DNA of 64,000 nt from Vicugna vicugna (taxonomy: Eukaryota), in assembly GCA_013265495.1 (NCBI GenBank), contig MU058221.1, positions 1,116,001 to 1,180,000 on the forward strand. Direction: 5' to 3'. The notes under the pieces were generated by a model that saw only the letters and a program-made list of their open reading frames with translations, was not told the origin of the DNA and did no database searches. A program made the translations under genes and the position numbers. This document shows positions 50,833 to 63,621 of this stretch, piece by piece. Every line of letters begins with the position of its first letter. Positions within the stretch are counted from its first letter, which is position 1.

Positions 50833-53642
50833 GTTGGAGGGTTTAACAGGCAGTATTAAAATATACACCTTTGGCAGCAGACTTGAAAAGCAAAGTCCAT
50901 TCTTCCTTTTTAAAGGGAACTGTTGAACGCTGAGTTATGTACCCAAGTTATGAAGCGACATGGTAAGCAAATCCAAACATTAAACATTGTTAATACGTAA
51001 ATAACTTGCAAAGGTTTGTAGCAATGTTCGTTTCAACATAGTTGATTAACACCCTCAGCTACAAATCAAAGTTATTTCACGTGCAAGGGGTTAGGGAGTG
51101 AAAATTCGACCCACAGAATATGTGATATTAAAAGTGAGGAATGGAAACCTACTTTTCTCTTCAGCAGATTTAGGGGCGGGTGTGCTGAGATCCAGAGTAA
51201 CAGTATCAATTGCTTTCTCACATACTGAAGTCATACATACAAAAATGGCTTAGGAAAAACGCTCGGAATCCCTGAGCGAGGGGCGTACATAAACGAGTGT
51301 TTACCTGCCCACAGTGCAAGCCCTGAATCTGCACAACTGCTCTGAGGACTTAAAAATGTGCACTGCTTTGCCTGTTTCATTGCTTATTCTATCTCAGATA
51401 ATTGTTTCCCCGCCTTGGGGGCTCTCTTTCTCCCATTCCCATATTTGTGCCATTTGCTAACAACACCCCTTGTGGCATTGCTGTGATGTAGCTGCAATTT
51501 CTGGCTTGTTTTTAACCTGTGTATTTTCGAGAGCTCCGGCTGTGGCAGACGTCAGGCAGGAAGGATGCACATTGAGCAAGTTGGTCCGTGTCCCACGGGA
51601 GTCCCCAGACGTGGAGAGCGAGGGCATACCAGCGTGAGTCAGCGCTGAGCTCATGAGAGAGAGCGATGGCTGTGCGCCTGTGCGCCGCTGAGAGTGGAGA
51701 GGGGGGACGCTGGGAAAACTTGAGCTTCACGGCATCTCCCTAGAATGATGCTAGAGAGAGAGAGGATTAAGAAGAGCAGAACCGACAGAGGGAATAGTAA
51801 TGAGGAAGGACATAACTGAATAGATTCCTTAACAGCACTGTGTGGAAAACATCTATCCCCTTGCACTAAGCCAGAATGATTCAATTAAGCTCCAAGAGAA
51901 AACCAGTCAGCAAGCAACGGGACAGGGTTAATTCAAGCCGAAGGGTCATTAGCTAAGTGAGGTGCAGGGGGCTGTCCTTTTCCCTCTGTTGCACATCTCT
52001 ATGAGATGGCACGACACGTGCTTAGGAGAGTCCCCTTTGCTATTTATTTTTCTCTTCTGAAACCAGCAGAGAGCCAGAGCAGAGTTACTCCTATCTGGGG
52101 AGTTCACCTCTTCCGTTTTCTCTACAAACTACCTCTTTTCCCAACAGTTTTCAGTTGGGCCTTTATTTCAGTCTGAGTTGCTTTCTATTTGTCATTTTTC
52201 TGATGATGGCAAGCAAGGACAACTCTATAGTCAGCGTCTGAATAAACGCCGGTCCCCCCAGTAGAATAAATGGCAAACAGTCCTCCTGCTTGCTTTTCCT
52301 GACCTCTGAAGAATTAGGTATGGAGGGGAAACCCTTCTGCTGCACTGAATGTGGAATATTATCTCCATGTTTTAATACAGAAAAACACTTTTCCATTTTA
52401 CCATCTGGGGAGAAAAAACTTGCCCTTTGATTTAAATAGGTCATAAGCATTCAAATCTCCAAGAAATTTAAACTAATACCCTAAAAGTATATATTTGTAA
52501 GCTTTTGAAAAATAAGAGAGACCTCCTATTTCTCATCTGCAATTTCTACCTGACTCATTGCAAATATTCCTGCAACCTCTAAATAGCGTCTAAATGGTGA
52601 TGACTCTGCAATTTTTCTATCTGTCGTTTGTTTACAGACTTTCAGTTACTTGTAAGATATTTCCACTTGCATATTTTACAAGTATCTCAAACATTAAAAG
52701 AACCCACCAATGGTGAACATCCTGGATCTTGTAAAACCCCCAGTGTCCACCTTCCAGGTGCACTCCCTCCTGGACTGCGGTTTGAGTAAGAAGGCCTTGC
52801 TGTGACTTAGCTTGGGAAGCTGGAATTTCACAATCCATCTGGAAACCCTTTAAGAGGCTGCCTTGGCTTTTCCTCCAGCACCTCCTGGACCGTGTTACCT
52901 AATCCACCTGTCTTGCAAATTACAGGTGTTGATGGAGCATATCCGTTTTAATGGAACTGCGAACCCATGGGAGGAATTCACAGACTCTCCCTTAATGACA
53001 TTTATGTTTTTAGATTATTTAGCAGCTTTGATTATTTAGAAGAACCCCTTATGATTTATCAAGTAAAATGACATGATTAATGTTTTACATTATACTTGCC
53101 TTAATGTGATTTTACAAGTGGAAAGAAGCATCTGGATTTAATCACAAAATTACACCGAGCATCAGCGGCGCGTGGAAAGCAGCCGAGGCTCGTGGTGAAC
53201 GTGCCATCTCTCCCGCGGCTGTCCCGACTTCACGGAGAGGGCACCTCCTCAGGCAGTTGCAGAAGAACGAGCAGAGGGAGAAGGGGCCGCAGGTAAACCC
53301 GTTACAAGAAAGCAGGGCGCCCTTGTAATGCTCTGCGGTTCGACTTCATTTTAATTCTTGTTGACCTGCAGTCTTCAGGTTTGCTAGGAATGACCTTCTG
53401 CGCAACTTTCATAGAAAACAGAATCCAGGAGAATTCTTGTATTTCACCGTAATGCTGGTTTTCATCTCTTTCTCTTCTCTCTACTTGCATTTGCTCTGTC
53501 TGCAGCCAAGTCACTTTTTATATATTTTTGTCTGGCTTCCCATTAAAGATGTATATAACTATTGCTGGCCTTGCCTGAAAAAAAGAAAAAAAACAATATT
53601 TCCAAATACATGCTAGGCTATATAGCTCCCCACTTTTCCATA

Positions 53643-53643
<1 letters not shown>

Positions 53644-53681
<38 letters not shown>

Positions 53682-53687
53682 CATACA

Positions 53688-53716
<29 letters not shown>
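53644..53716. repeat. Compound (GATA)n(CATA)n microsatellite
   Basis: Directly visible. Confidence 0.95.
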
Positions 53717-53718
<2 letters not shown>

Positions 53719-53744
53719 TTTGTTTCACTGATAAGAAAGCTTTA

Positions 53745-53977
53745 TGGTCAGATTTACTTTAGCTCATTTACTCTATATTAGCTGCGAAATCATGAATAAA
53801 TTACTTAACCTTCCTTAGCCTTGGTTTCCTTCTCAGGGAAAAAAAATCAGCAAAATTATAAACACCTCATACAGTTGTTGTGGAAATTGAATGAGATATT
53901 CATCAGGTCCATTTGACATCATGCCTGGCAAATACGAAGTGCTTCAAAACTGTTATAAACGCTATCATCATCATCAT
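53745..53977 (+). mobile_element. MIR SINE
   Basis: 'aataaattacttaaccttccttagccttggtttcct...acctcatacagttgttgtggaaattgaatgagata...catgcctggcaaatacgaagtgct'. Confidence 0.75.
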
Positions 53978-54289
53978 GGGGACTAAGTTACCTTGATTCC
54001 TTTCTGGCAATTTTTCTACTGAAGAAACAGTCATTTAAATACATCTTTAAATAAAAAAAGATAAATGCTTGAACTGGATGAAAACACTTTCAATTCAAGA
54101 TGGAATTCAAGGCAAGTGTATTTATATCCGTCCCTATCTAAATTCCTAAAGCAGAATTCCATGCGGTGGAACAAAGTGATAATAACTTTCTAAAATCCAG
54201 GTAACTGGAATGGGAGGCATGAGTACCCCAGAGACTTAGATCCATTTCTGCCCTGAAAACGTGAGTTACCGTTCAAAGGGGGGAACTGC

Positions 54290-54690
54290 ATCCGCGGTAA
54301 AACCATTTAGGGTCGGCCGGGGAAGGGCGGCGCACGGGTGGCAGCCGGGGTCCCAGGGGCCCCCCCGCGGCTGACAGTCGCAGACGCAGAAGCGGAAGGT
54401 CGCAGGGCTGAGCTGTCTGCGCAGAGACCCCTCCCACCTTCAAACCCGCTTGCGGAGTCCGATCGCGGAGCCGCTGCGGGGACCCTGCGGGGAGCCCGGG
54501 GCGCACAGGCCCCGGCGCGCACCTCACTTGTGCGGCGAGCGGGCATCCCCGAGCCGCTCCCCGTCCCCTGCCGTCTGTGCGCCTGCAGGCCTCTCCTTCC
54601 ACGCGGAGACGTTGAGGGTGAGAAGTCAGGCTGCTGGGAAAACTAACGGTGAAGAAAGTAGAAAGAGCTTCCCATGCACGCGTGACCACA
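54290..54690. promoter_or_regulatory. CpG island / probable promoter
   Basis: A GC-rich, CpG-dense ~400-bp non-repetitive segment in otherwise AT-rich DNA, with a GGGCGG box near 54325. Confidence 0.7.
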
Positions 54691-54701
54691 GACATGACAG
54701 G

Positions 54702-54705
<4 letters not shown>

Positions 54706-54750
<45 letters not shown>
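54706..54750. repeat. (TG)n microsatellite
   Basis: Directly visible. Confidence 0.95.
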
Positions 54751-54754
<4 letters not shown>

Positions 54755-55289
54755 AACAGCTGCAGAAAGAACTGAAGATGAAGTCCAGGAGGTTTCCAGA
54801 TGACAGATTTTGGCTTTGTGTCTTTCCATTCATAAATCTGAACTATCTCAATTTATTTAGGCTATCTCAAATGATATTCCCTACACTTTTATAATTTTCT
54901 CCATGAAGACTGTGTGCACTTTTCAATTTATTTATAAGTGTATTATATGTTTATCTCTACAAATGGGACTTTAAAAAGAAACGTGCTGTCTGAGTATTAT
55001 TGATACCTATTTCATAGGAATGTCACTGATTTCTCAGAATTGGTGTCATACCCCCCAAAGTGATAAGCTATTTAATTAAGTAGAATCATTTATAGATCTT
55101 TGTTTTCCTTGGTTATAGTCATATGAACTATGAAAAGTGACTATTTAATTTCATTCTTTCTAAGTCTTTTATACCTTTAATTTTTTTCTTACTCCACTAG
55201 TTATTACTATGAGTATGAGAAACATTCTTACTATTTCCCTATACTTAAATGATCTTTTACTAATATTTTACCAATGTTAAATATATATA

Positions 55290-56345
55290 TTTTATATGTT
55301 ATCTGCTTACTCTAGTTAAGGATGTCTCTTTCTATACTTAGACTAATGAGAAAATTTTTTAAATTATGAAAATCTGCTGACAGTACATACAATACATAAG
55401 TATACACTATAATAGTAAATTTAATGGAATTGCTTTTTGCATCTCTTGGTATGATATTTTTCTCTTCGAGTTTATTAATGCAGTATATTGCATCAACTGA
55501 TATTTTAATATACAAATAATCTTAGAAAATCTTATCCTCCTCTTGAATTTCAATTTTTAAATAAATATGTGATTTATTTTGTCTGACTCTTTTTGATTTG
55601 CACCTCTCTGCTCATGACCAAGACTGCACGAAGGTGCTTCTGTTTCCTATGCTCTGACAGATTTGGGCTTCTGAACAATACCTTAGTCCAGTAACAGAGA
55701 TGGACACATCGTCTCTGAAACTAATCTCTGTAAATTAGGGAAAGACAGTTTACTTCCATTCCTCGAAGTTTGTGTAATATACTTCTTAACTGTCTGGCAC
55801 AGAATATTGTTATCTGTAAAATCTTAAGACTGACTCAACTATTTCAATGATCAAAATTTATCTTACATATTTATAATATTTTAATTAATATTTGTAAAAA
55901 CTGTCTTTCCAAAGTTTTTCGTATACATGGGGCATAATTTTTTTCAAAACATTTTACTTGCCAGACACATGGTTTGCAGGTTTTTATCTTTTCCTTTTAA
56001 GTATCTTTAGCTCTTCAGGGTTTTTCACAAAGCAAAACCTACTTTATTTGTAGTAAGTCTACTTTGTCAATTTTTTCTTTTATGGATTATGTTTTTTGTA
56101 CCATGACTGAGAACCCTTCATCTAGCTCCAGGTCCCAATCATTTTCTTTTATGGTTTCCTCTAAAATTTTTATAGTTTTATATTTAAATCCATAATCCAT
56201 TTGAGTTAATTTTTATAAGGTGTGAGGTGAGGTTTAAGCTGATAATCTTATTTTTTTTTGCATTTTTTTGTTTGTTTGTTTTTGCCTATGAATATCCACT
56301 TGTTCCAGAACCACTAGTTGAAAACATCCTTCCTTCATTTAACTG
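55290..56345 (-). mobile_element. Old L1 ORF2 fragments (probably two elements)
   Basis: ORF 55312..55515 (AIYCINKLEEKNII..RDAK, ISLSIERDILN) is L1 ORF2-like; antisense 'atccatttgagttaatttttataaggtgtgaggt'. Confidence 0.7.
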
Positions 56346-56784
56346 TACAATAATAAGGGGCTTTTCCTGTCACATATAAACACAGCAATTTATACTCTGT
56401 GTTAGGGGGGTAAGACTGCATAATTTGTGTGTTTTCTATTTTGACTTTCCAAGTTGTATTTACAATTCTGGAATTAACGTTTCTAATGGGGAAAAAAGTA
56501 TGTTAAAAATAAAAAGATAGTGTTTAGGAGGTGCTCTGGAGACATTATCCATTCATTAAATTCTAGGTTTTTATCTAGAACTGTTATGATTTTAATTCTG
56601 AATGATTTACTGTTCAAGCTGATTTGATCCAAAGATTTTTAGACAGGGCATTTTGTAAAAGAGTAATAGTTACAACGAATCTGATTCTCCTCACATTTTA
56701 TAAATTTATACTTTTAAATTAAGGAAGTGAATTGATGTTTTTTCTTTTAAAACTGACTAACAGATATTCTAAACTTTCCCCCAG

Positions 56785-56827
56785 ATGGTTTCATTGGTGA
56801 AAAGGAAGCAGCGTTTGAAGTTTTGAG
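56785..56827 (+). other. Candidate 43-nt internal exon
   Basis: Branch-point-like GACTAAC near 56755, pyrimidine tract and 'tttcccccag|' acceptor, 'GAG|GTGAGT' donor. Confidence 0.45.
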
Positions 56828-57739
56828 GTGAGTGCCGGAAACCGAGACAGAACCCATTACATCAGACAAAAGTCACACAGAGAAAAAGAATTGAGTAACG
56901 TTAGAATGCTGGTAGCCGTGAGGAACTAAATGAGGTGACGCTACATATTCCGCTATTTTCCTTTCCTTTCAGTGAAACGTACTGAGGTTGGCCTTACTCT
57001 CTTAGATTCCAATTACTGTAACACAAAAGCCTCCCCGTGAATACCCACGTGCATTTTTTCTTACACGTTTTGTTCTCTTCCACAGTAACAACCACTAATT
57101 ATATGCAACTTCAAATGAATAAGGAGAGGCAATTATCATACAAATACTTTTTAAGTAGGCAGCTCCTTCTCAAATTAGCTTCAGAACACGGCCAGCGTTT
57201 GCTTCCATTACCCCCAATGACTCTGCTTACATTAAGACCCTTTATGGAACCAGGTTTTCTGGTTACATTTGCAAGCTGTGGGGCTCTGAGATCTGGTAAT
57301 ATGACCATGTGAATGAATAATTGCTTTCTGATGTTTGCTACTTTTATATACCACATACTTGGTAATATTTAAGAAAAGTCCACTTAATGTTTGCATGCTC
57401 AATTACAAAAGTGCTAACATTTACTCATTTCTGAACTCTAGTAAGGTTGAAAGTTTACACAGGTTTAGTTAACATCCAATTAAGTGTGGGTTAACTACAG
57501 GTGTTCAAGAATTGTATAAATTCAAATGGTTTGAAAAAGAAACTGAGGCAAAAAAAATACATGCAGATTGTCCAATGTAAAAAACTAGTATTTCGTAGCA
57601 GAACGTGATGCTGAAAAGGAAGACTAACTGATTTCAGGGTCTGAAAAGGTGGCAGCCCTTCGGTGTGACCGTTTCAGTCTGTTGTTAGCATCCTCACTGT
57701 TTTAAATTAAGGCCAATGAGATTGTTTTAATGGATAGCA

Positions 57740-60030
57740 TTCTGACCAATCCACTTCTGACGTTTGAACACTGCATCACACTCTGAATTCCCTAGAATTG
57801 CCTGGTTCCCGCTACCTCCTCCCATTGCTCCTCTTTTCCAACTGTTACAGAAACATCTTGCCTCTTGACGCCTCCAGTTTTCCTAGTGATTCTCTCTGCT
57901 CTGGATTTATTATTTTCCTATTCATTTTTAACCCCGTAACTCTCTGTGACCTCAAATCTTTCTCAAGTCCTTAAATCCAGTCACCTGTTGTCCTCCGTCT
58001 TACCTCCTGTGCTACCCCACCTTGTTCCCATCCCAAGCTCTGTAAGATTTGCCTTTGCAGCCAGTTTGCCCAGTGTAACGACGGGGGAATTCCAGAAACA
58101 GTGAACGTGAACCGATAAAGAGAAATAACCAACAATATTAGCTTGGGCCTCCCATGACCTGAAAACTTTCTGTATGCTGACTCTCATTTTTTAAAACATT
58201 TTTCCCCCCAAATGTTTTCCAATGTCTTCAAGCCTCATGCCTGTCCTTCACCTGTACCCTCAGCAGAGGACCACACCTTTTCACAGTGAGGGATGGTCAG
58301 TAAATGTAAGCCTCTTCAAATCTTCCTCCCCGTCCCACCTTTCATCACCATCTGCATCTTCATCCTGTTACGCCCTTGCCACCAGGAGAGGCTCTGCTGT
58401 CGTGCACGAGCTAGTGATGCCACGATCTGCTACTGAATTACGGTTAACAATGACTCTTTGTCTTGAATATCACAACTTCTTGCTCATTAATAGCCTTCTC
58501 CCCTCAGTTGTTTTCCATTTTAAAAAGAACAAAATTCAACTTGGTATTTTCCATATAACTTCAAGTTCATTCCCTAATTTGCACCTAAACTTCTTGAAAA
58601 CTTAGTGGACTGTGATATTTTCCTTGCTTTTCAATCGCTTCACCTATTTCGGGATGCCCACATGTTCATCTAGTATTTTTTTTTTTAACGTATGACTTTC
58701 TTCCTCTGAGATACAGAATGGTGTTAATAAACATTTCTGTTTTAGAATTATGCCTCCTCTTGGTCTCCAAATCACTCCTCTAATGATGGGGTCTGTTCTG
58801 TCCTTTCTAAGTATCCAGACTCTTCTTTTTCTCCTGTAGCTTCTGCTTCCCTTTAGTCACCATTTAAACGTTCAGTTCCCCTTCGGTCTGCCCCTCTCGT
58901 CCCTCCTCCGTCTTAATTCTCAGCTTTTCCGCAGCGTGTTCTCACGCACACACTTGGCTTCACACGCCCCCGTCCATCCGAAGCACGGCCGAGTCAGCAC
59001 TTCCACCACGAAATACTCTCTTGAGCATTGATATATGTGGCTGGTCACCGGTTACACATTTTGGTAAATATGAGTAACTCCTAAGCCGATCGTATTCAGC
59101 CTGGATCAAACAGAAACTGGACTGACCCCCTTCTCACCATCTCTGCCCATCTCAGAAAACAAACCACCAAAAGAACAGCCCCTGCTCCTCCTCCTCCTCT
59201 GTTTTTCTACCTTCCGGGAGCGGCATTAACTTTTATCTAGTCAGTAATGCAGACATCATGGCTCATACTTGATTTTCCCTTCCTCTTCGCTTCCCCACAT
59301 CCAATCAGCAAATCCAATTTGCTCAATAACTTAAAGAACGTGTATTTTTTCCCTTACTGTCAGTCTAAATGTCTCAGGTTACTTTTGTCATGTTTGTATT
59401 TTCAAGACCTGGAGTATTTCCTCACGATCTATTCTTGTTTCCAGTTAAACCACTGTCTGCCACGGCAAGAAGATTGCTTTTAGGGGAGAGCAAGGATTGT
59501 TACATCATCCTCTGGTTCTAAATTTAGAAATGATCCCTCTTTGCCTTAAAGATAAAATGCGAATGTTCTATTGTGACATTAAACGCTTCTTATGAATTGG
59601 CCTTTATCTGCGATTCAGAATAATACCTTAATCTTCGTCATAAGATATTCCACTTTCTTCCCATGCGAAATACCTATCTTTTAAATGTCTAAGACACTAT
59701 CAAAAATGTCTGTCCTTTGATACATAACATGCTATTCATGGTAGAAGTATTATTGCCAATAACTTTTCTCAGTTGCTTCTGATTTTGCCCACCACCTCCT
59801 CAGAGAACCCTTCCAGGGCCATTTGAAGCCGGATGTTTTCTGTCTCTCTCCATAACCTCTCTTACGGCATTTAATACCCTTTATGCGATACTTTGCTTTT
59901 GTGTCCATCATTCCCAGAGGACTGTGAAGTATTTCGAGGGAGGGCCCGTGTCCTATTCATCTTTGAATGATTCGTGTACAGCGCAGGGCTTCAATTACTG
60001 TAAGAATTCAAGTACTGAATAAATGGATAA
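57740..60030 (+). mobile_element. L2 LINE fragments
   Basis: Pyrimidine-rich L2-like sequence ('ccccacatccaatcagcaaatcc', 'ccttaaagataaaatgcgaa') ending 'actgaataaatggataaat'. Confidence 0.6.
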
Positions 60031-60439
60031 ATATGCCTTTTGATCTAAAGCAGATTACTCTGTTCTGATGATCAGAATTTTCATGTCTGATAGACAGTGA
60101 AGTATGAACACGATCAGTTTCTGATTTTAGGTTCCTTTCTTGAAGATTCCAAACAGTTCATCTTTCTGACACATTAATGCCTCAAATATATTTGCAATAT
60201 TGCATGACTTTCTTTTATTTTCATTTTTTACCTTTCTGCAATTTTGCCTTAGATTTATTGAGTTCCAGAAGATCCTTCTCTTCTTCATTCTAAAACTGAG
60301 AGCTATTTGTAGACTTTGATTAGCCTGGCTCCCAGCTCAGGAGCGTGCTTTCAAATTTTGGTGGTCTTTATGTGCTAACGACTGCAGCACATTTAAAAAA
60401 AAAAAAAAGGCAGGGTTTTTAATGAGGTTCCTGAATTAA

Positions 60440-61100
60440 GTCAATTCACCTGCACATTTGCATAACAGATTCACTCAAACTACTCACGCTATTCAAAATG
60501 CAGCATCCTTATGTGCTGTAAGTGGATAATCGCTTCCGCAGCGCTCTCCTCCCTGGGGAGCTGGAGAAGTAACTTGCTAATTAACGAGCGCGCCCTGTCC
60601 TCTGGTTTGCGCAGTCGCTTAAATCTGTGATGATCAGATTCATGGTTCTTTTCTGGAGCTGGTTTAAAGAGTCTGCTTTGGCGGCTCTGATGACTCAGTC
60701 GTTCCAGTGAGTGCTCTGAGTCCCTAGACTGCCTGCCCAGCCCCGATGACATTCTGAGGGCGTGGGGTGGGGGAGCAGGCTTCCCAGTCCTGCCTGCAGG
60801 GAGGTTTTCCTCGTGTGGGCTGGCTTCTGCTCACCTGGCCACTGAATTTATGACCACTCGTTTGCAACCTGATCAAACTGTCCTTTGGGGCGTTGTCACA
60901 GGACTCATTGCCATGATCTGCGGGTTTAGAAAGTTGCTCCCCCAAAAAAAGACTCCACGTTCTCCACCAGTTGGTCCCACCCCCGGCTGCTCCCTGTTGT
61001 CCCGCGCTCGCTCAGCCCTCCGCTGTCCCCTCGTCGCGGTTTGCTGCAGTGTTTGGAACGCCTGAGCGCCGGGATAGAGCTCGCTGAGCCAACAGTGTTC
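60440..61100. promoter_or_regulatory. CpG-enriched, TE-free putative regulatory element
   Basis: Local CpG enrichment, an octamer ATTTGCAT at 60456 and an AP-1 TGACTCA near 60692. Confidence 0.4.
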
Positions 61101-61371
61101 TGTCAGGTCATCAGTGAGGCTACATTTCACAGCAAATGATGCACTGCATCCCCTAAGCCATCCTGGAGGAGGCTTAGGGGCTTTGAATCTCCCAGGCTGG
61201 GCTTGTCAACCCAAGCACGCCATGACTCAGCCTCAGTCTCCTAATTTATTATCTTTTTTTCTTTCCCCACATCTTCTCTCTTCTTGGAGCTCCGAGGCCA
61301 ATGAGACAAATGGAGGAAAAAAAGGCACAAAGATGGGGACTTCTGTCCCTTGCCTTTTCTGCAGCCCTCTT

Positions 61372-61878
61372 TGTTACCTAGTCCAGCTTCTTTCTGCTCA
61401 CCACACAACAGGCCAGTGCATCTGGAGATGAGGTGTTGGGGCAAGGAATAATGATTTTACATGGAAAGCCCAGCAGGCTGAGAAGTTGGGAGACTAATGT
61501 CTTAGAAAGCCATCTTCCCCAAGTAGGACTCGGACTCCTTTTATGCTAAAAAGGGGAGGGGATGTAGTTGGCTGTTGAAAACTTCTCGATGTCAGAATCC
61601 TTTGTTCTTGCAGCTGTCCATGGAGGTCAGGTCCTGGCGTCCCTGCAAACCTCCCACAAGAGAAATGTTACTCTCTGGTCTGCAACTTTTTATCTCTGTA
61701 TGAATGGGAAAGTGTTATACCCTTAAAGGTCAGAGCCTCGAGAGTGGGCTGCCCGGTATATTTCAGGCTACAGGCAGCGTTTTTACAAAAGGTGCAGAGC
61801 CAGGATGACGAAGGAAGGAGAGCGCAGGGTTAGCGCTAAAGGAACCGATCTGAGTCACATTTGCTCCTCGCTACCACA
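61372..61878 (-). mobile_element. Solo LTR (ERV1-like)
   Basis: TGTTACC...ACA ends; antisense TATA-like 'ccttttatgct'; 'gagatgaggtgttggggcaaggaataa' is typical of antisense U5/R. Confidence 0.75.
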
Positions 61879-62123
61879 CCCCGACATGGAAATCCTCTGC
61901 TTCTGCATTTTCCCATCTTCCCTGAGCTGTTTCCTCCAGCTTGAAATACTCAGGCCTTGCTGTTCTGGCTCCTGTTTGGTCAATGGCACACTAAGGAATT
62001 TAGGAAGACCTCAGCTCATAATAAAGAACGACTCAAAGTAATGGCATTGTTATGGTCACACAAAAAGTGTTTGAGACTCATATGCAAATAGTTACATTTT
62101 AGGTCTTGGTGCTATAGTTGCTG

Positions 62124-62266
62124 GGGGAAGGGTATAGCTCAAGCGGCAGAGCGCATGCTCAGCACACAAGAGATCCTGGGTTCAATCCCAGGTACCTTCT
62201 CCAAGCGGAAATCAATGAAGAAACCTGATTACCTCCCTGTGATAAAACAGACACTGCAAACAAAAC
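62124..62266 (+). mobile_element. tRNA-derived SINE (camelid-type)
   Basis: GGGGAAGGGTATAGCTCAAGCGGCAGAGC...TCCTGGGTTCAATCCC; 8-bp TSD AGTTGCTG at 62116-62123 and 62267-62274. Confidence 0.92.
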
Positions 62267-62419
62267 AGTTGCTGATGGAGTCAGTATGTAGTTATAAGGC
62301 CAAAATGTGTACAGGATCATCAGATAAATGGGTGAGCATGTTAAAAATGTCATCCCATTATGCGCATTTTATTCGCTTTTATACACGTGTGCTAGACACG
62401 AGGTGTCCTGCAAGACAAG

Positions 62420-62550
62420 GGTACTCATTTCCGCCGACTGCTGAGAACATCGCCCGTTAACGGTTCAGGGCTGAGTCCTTCTTCACCAGCTAACCTTGGC
62501 TGAAGGCACTGTCTTGCCCAAGGTTATGACCCCTACTTGAAGGGGACCCA
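62420..62550. mobile_element. LTR16-like (ERVL) fragment
   Basis: 'ctgtcttgcccaaggttatgacccct' resembles the recalled LTR16 consensus. Confidence 0.45.
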
Positions 62551-62574
62551 AAAGGATTCTAGAACCAGCTTTCA

Positions 62575-63205
62575 AAGCATGTTTTTCCTTTCCCATACCA
62601 CCAAGCAACCCTCACACATCAGCTGAGTGTCCTACAGTTCAAGTCACGAGTCACCGAGAGACCGAATCAGACCCTCGGTCTCACAAGATGACTCTCATGT
62701 GCCACCACCCCCTTGAAGGCACAAGTTGCGAGTCCAGGCTGTCACTGGGGCTCCTCTCTGACCTGTAACAGATTAGAGGTTTCAACGACCCCTATTCTTG
62801 GGTGTAATTAACTTGCTGGAGTGGCTCACAGAACTCGGAGAAATATTTTATTTCCTAGGTTACTGTTCATTGTGACTCAGGAAAGCCCAATGGAAGAGGC
62901 GTGTAAGATAAAATGGAGGAAGAGTCTCGAGCTTCCATGCTCTCTCCAAGCATGCCGGTCTCTCCGAATCTCCAACGGTTCACCAATCCATGCATTTTCC
63001 AAAACCTGTCCTTTTAGGTTTTTTTTTGGAGGCTCTATTACAAGGCATCAATGGCCATTTGATCCATTCAGACTGCAGCCTCTGTCCCTACCCCAGAGGT
63101 TAAGGGAATGGGACTAAAAGTTCCAACTCTTCAATCATATGGCTGGGTTTCCTAGCAACGAACCCCCATCCTTAAGTGCTTTCCAAAAATCACCTCCTGA
63201 GCTCA
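62575..63205 (-). mobile_element. MER21-like LTR
   Basis: 'accaagcaa...catcagctgagtgtcctacagttcaa' and 'ttaacttgctggagtggctcacagaactcggagaaa' match the MER21 antisense pattern. Confidence 0.7.
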
Positions 63206-63621
63206 CACTTGGCCAAAAAGAGATGAAGTCAGAGAAATAACAGGCAATGAGGAAAAATTAAATAAATGTATGTGAAATAAAATGTGTAAGAAATTAAAAC
63301 GAATTTACAAAATCCACATAGTACTAAAAAGCTGATGAATAATGCTGCAAAAAACAAACGCTGTCACATGGAAAACAAAGAGGATATTTTCCTGTATTAT
63401 TTTCTAAGGCAAAAACAGAGGATAAACAGGTATGAAGGGAAAATTGAAGGATCAAAACAAAGATCATTTTTGATCCTGAGTATCCAGAAAAAAGTGACAA
63501 AATATAATGAAGGTTAGAACAAATGATATTTTTACAACAATGGATTTATATTAATACTGAATGGGTTATTCCTAGCAGAATGAAAGCAATTAAAAAACAC
63601 ACCTAGGCTTTTAAAATTGGT

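Noticed and set aside
54273..54833. 186-aa ORF and overlapping ORFs
   Set aside because: GC-rich island plus (CA)n, where stop codons are depleted; no recognisable domain.
62124..62200. tRNA gene (also at 24200-24278 and 28350-28425)
   Set aside because: A and B boxes are present, but all three copies share a non-tRNA 3' segment and an A-rich tail, and two have TSDs. They are SINEs.
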